Assembly: GCA_015680685.1 (NCBI GenBank)
Contig: MNCI01000838.1
Location: forward strand, 1-64,000
Source: Gnetum montanum
Lineage: Eukaryota; Plantae; Gnetophyta
Length of the DNA: 64,000 bases
Direction: 5' to 3'
The first letter of the stretch is position 1; the number at the start of each line of letters is the position of its first letter. The notes beneath the pieces were generated by a model. It was not told the origin of the DNA. It did no database searches and saw nothing but the letters and a program-made list of their open reading frames with translations. This document shows, piece after piece, positions 63,316 to 64,000 of the stretch. The translations under genes were made by a program, and so were the position numbers.

Positions 63316-64000
63316 TGAACACCCCAAAAAAAATGTGAGGTCATTCTTGATTTACCAGGCACAGTACTTTGCACAGCACTATGGAAGTTCTTCAAGAGGA
63401 TAACACTCTAAGTTCAGGTCGACCAATTCATCAAATTTTCTACTTTGGGCATGAACAGGCTCTACGGGTCATCCTGCCTATTCATACAAGTAGCTCACCT
63501 GGTCGATAGCCTACTCAAAAACGATGTGTAGAGTTGGTAACAGCATTCTAGATGCACAAGAAATAGTTCAACATTTTTTATAAGGCATGAAGTCTACTAC
63601 GCTATGTTATGCCCCACTATGTAGTGTAGCAAACTTCAGAAAACATCTACAAAGAAAAGTGTCACGCTATGCTACGCTACGAAGCATAGCAAAGTGTCAT
63701 GCTATGCTACACTATGAAGTGTAGCGTAGCATAGAAACAATCATACAACTAGTTTCACGATCCAAATTTAAGTCCTTCAAATATCCCTTTCTATTAGGAA
63801 GTAGTGGACTGTGTCTACTGCTATGCTACACTAAGATACATGATGCAGCAATGTGTAGCAATCCTATGGAAGAGATAAAAGGTAGCTCAAAGAATAAGGC
63901 TAGCAAAGTTGCAAGTTCCACAATGCAGGAAGCAAGGTTTGCAGATTGGCCAAGTTTTTTGCGACTAAGGCTAGATGATACGCTACATAGCAAAGCATAG
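63316..64000 (+). mobile_element. 3' LTR of element D (runs off window)
   Basis: Aligns with 47137 onward, with many substitutions. Confidence 0.88.

Larger units (their letters stand above)
47137..64000 (+). mobile_element. Near-complete Tat LTR retrotransposon D (>16.8 kb)
   Basis: 5' LTR 47137-48799, PBS 48805-48821, gag-pro, antisense gene, RT-RH-aRH-INT, PPT 63303-63311, 3' LTR from 63316. Confidence 0.9.

Overview
Plant-type (TTTAGGG telomere) repeat DNA made entirely of decayed retroelements; no intact host gene was recognised. (1) About 1-21960 is a head-to-tail chain of Penelope-like retroelements (PLEs) that lack a GIY-YIG endonuclease. Each unit has a long coiled-coil/low-complexity ORF1, a candidate -1 ribosomal frameshift (T-TTA-AAC plus a 10-bp hairpin) into a PLE reverse transcriptase, a pseudo-LTR carrying a minimal hammerhead ribozyme, and 3' tails containing AACCCTAAAA. 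Units are joined through CCCTAAA telomere repeats, which looks like a fossil record of chromosome-end extension by the retroelement plus telomerase. The chain ends tail-to-tail against an inverted related pLTR pair. (2) The rest is nested Ty3/Gypsy elements: one Athila-like fragment and several Tat-clade elements (tRNA-Asn PBS, extra aRH domain). In three Tat copies from two families, gag-protease is followed by a spliced, multi-exon antisense gene. In the two copies where the downstream DNA is visible, pol resumes only after that gene, at a conserved splice acceptor about 5.4-5.9 kb later. All coordinates were read by eye, and family assignments rest on recognised motifs rather than database searches.
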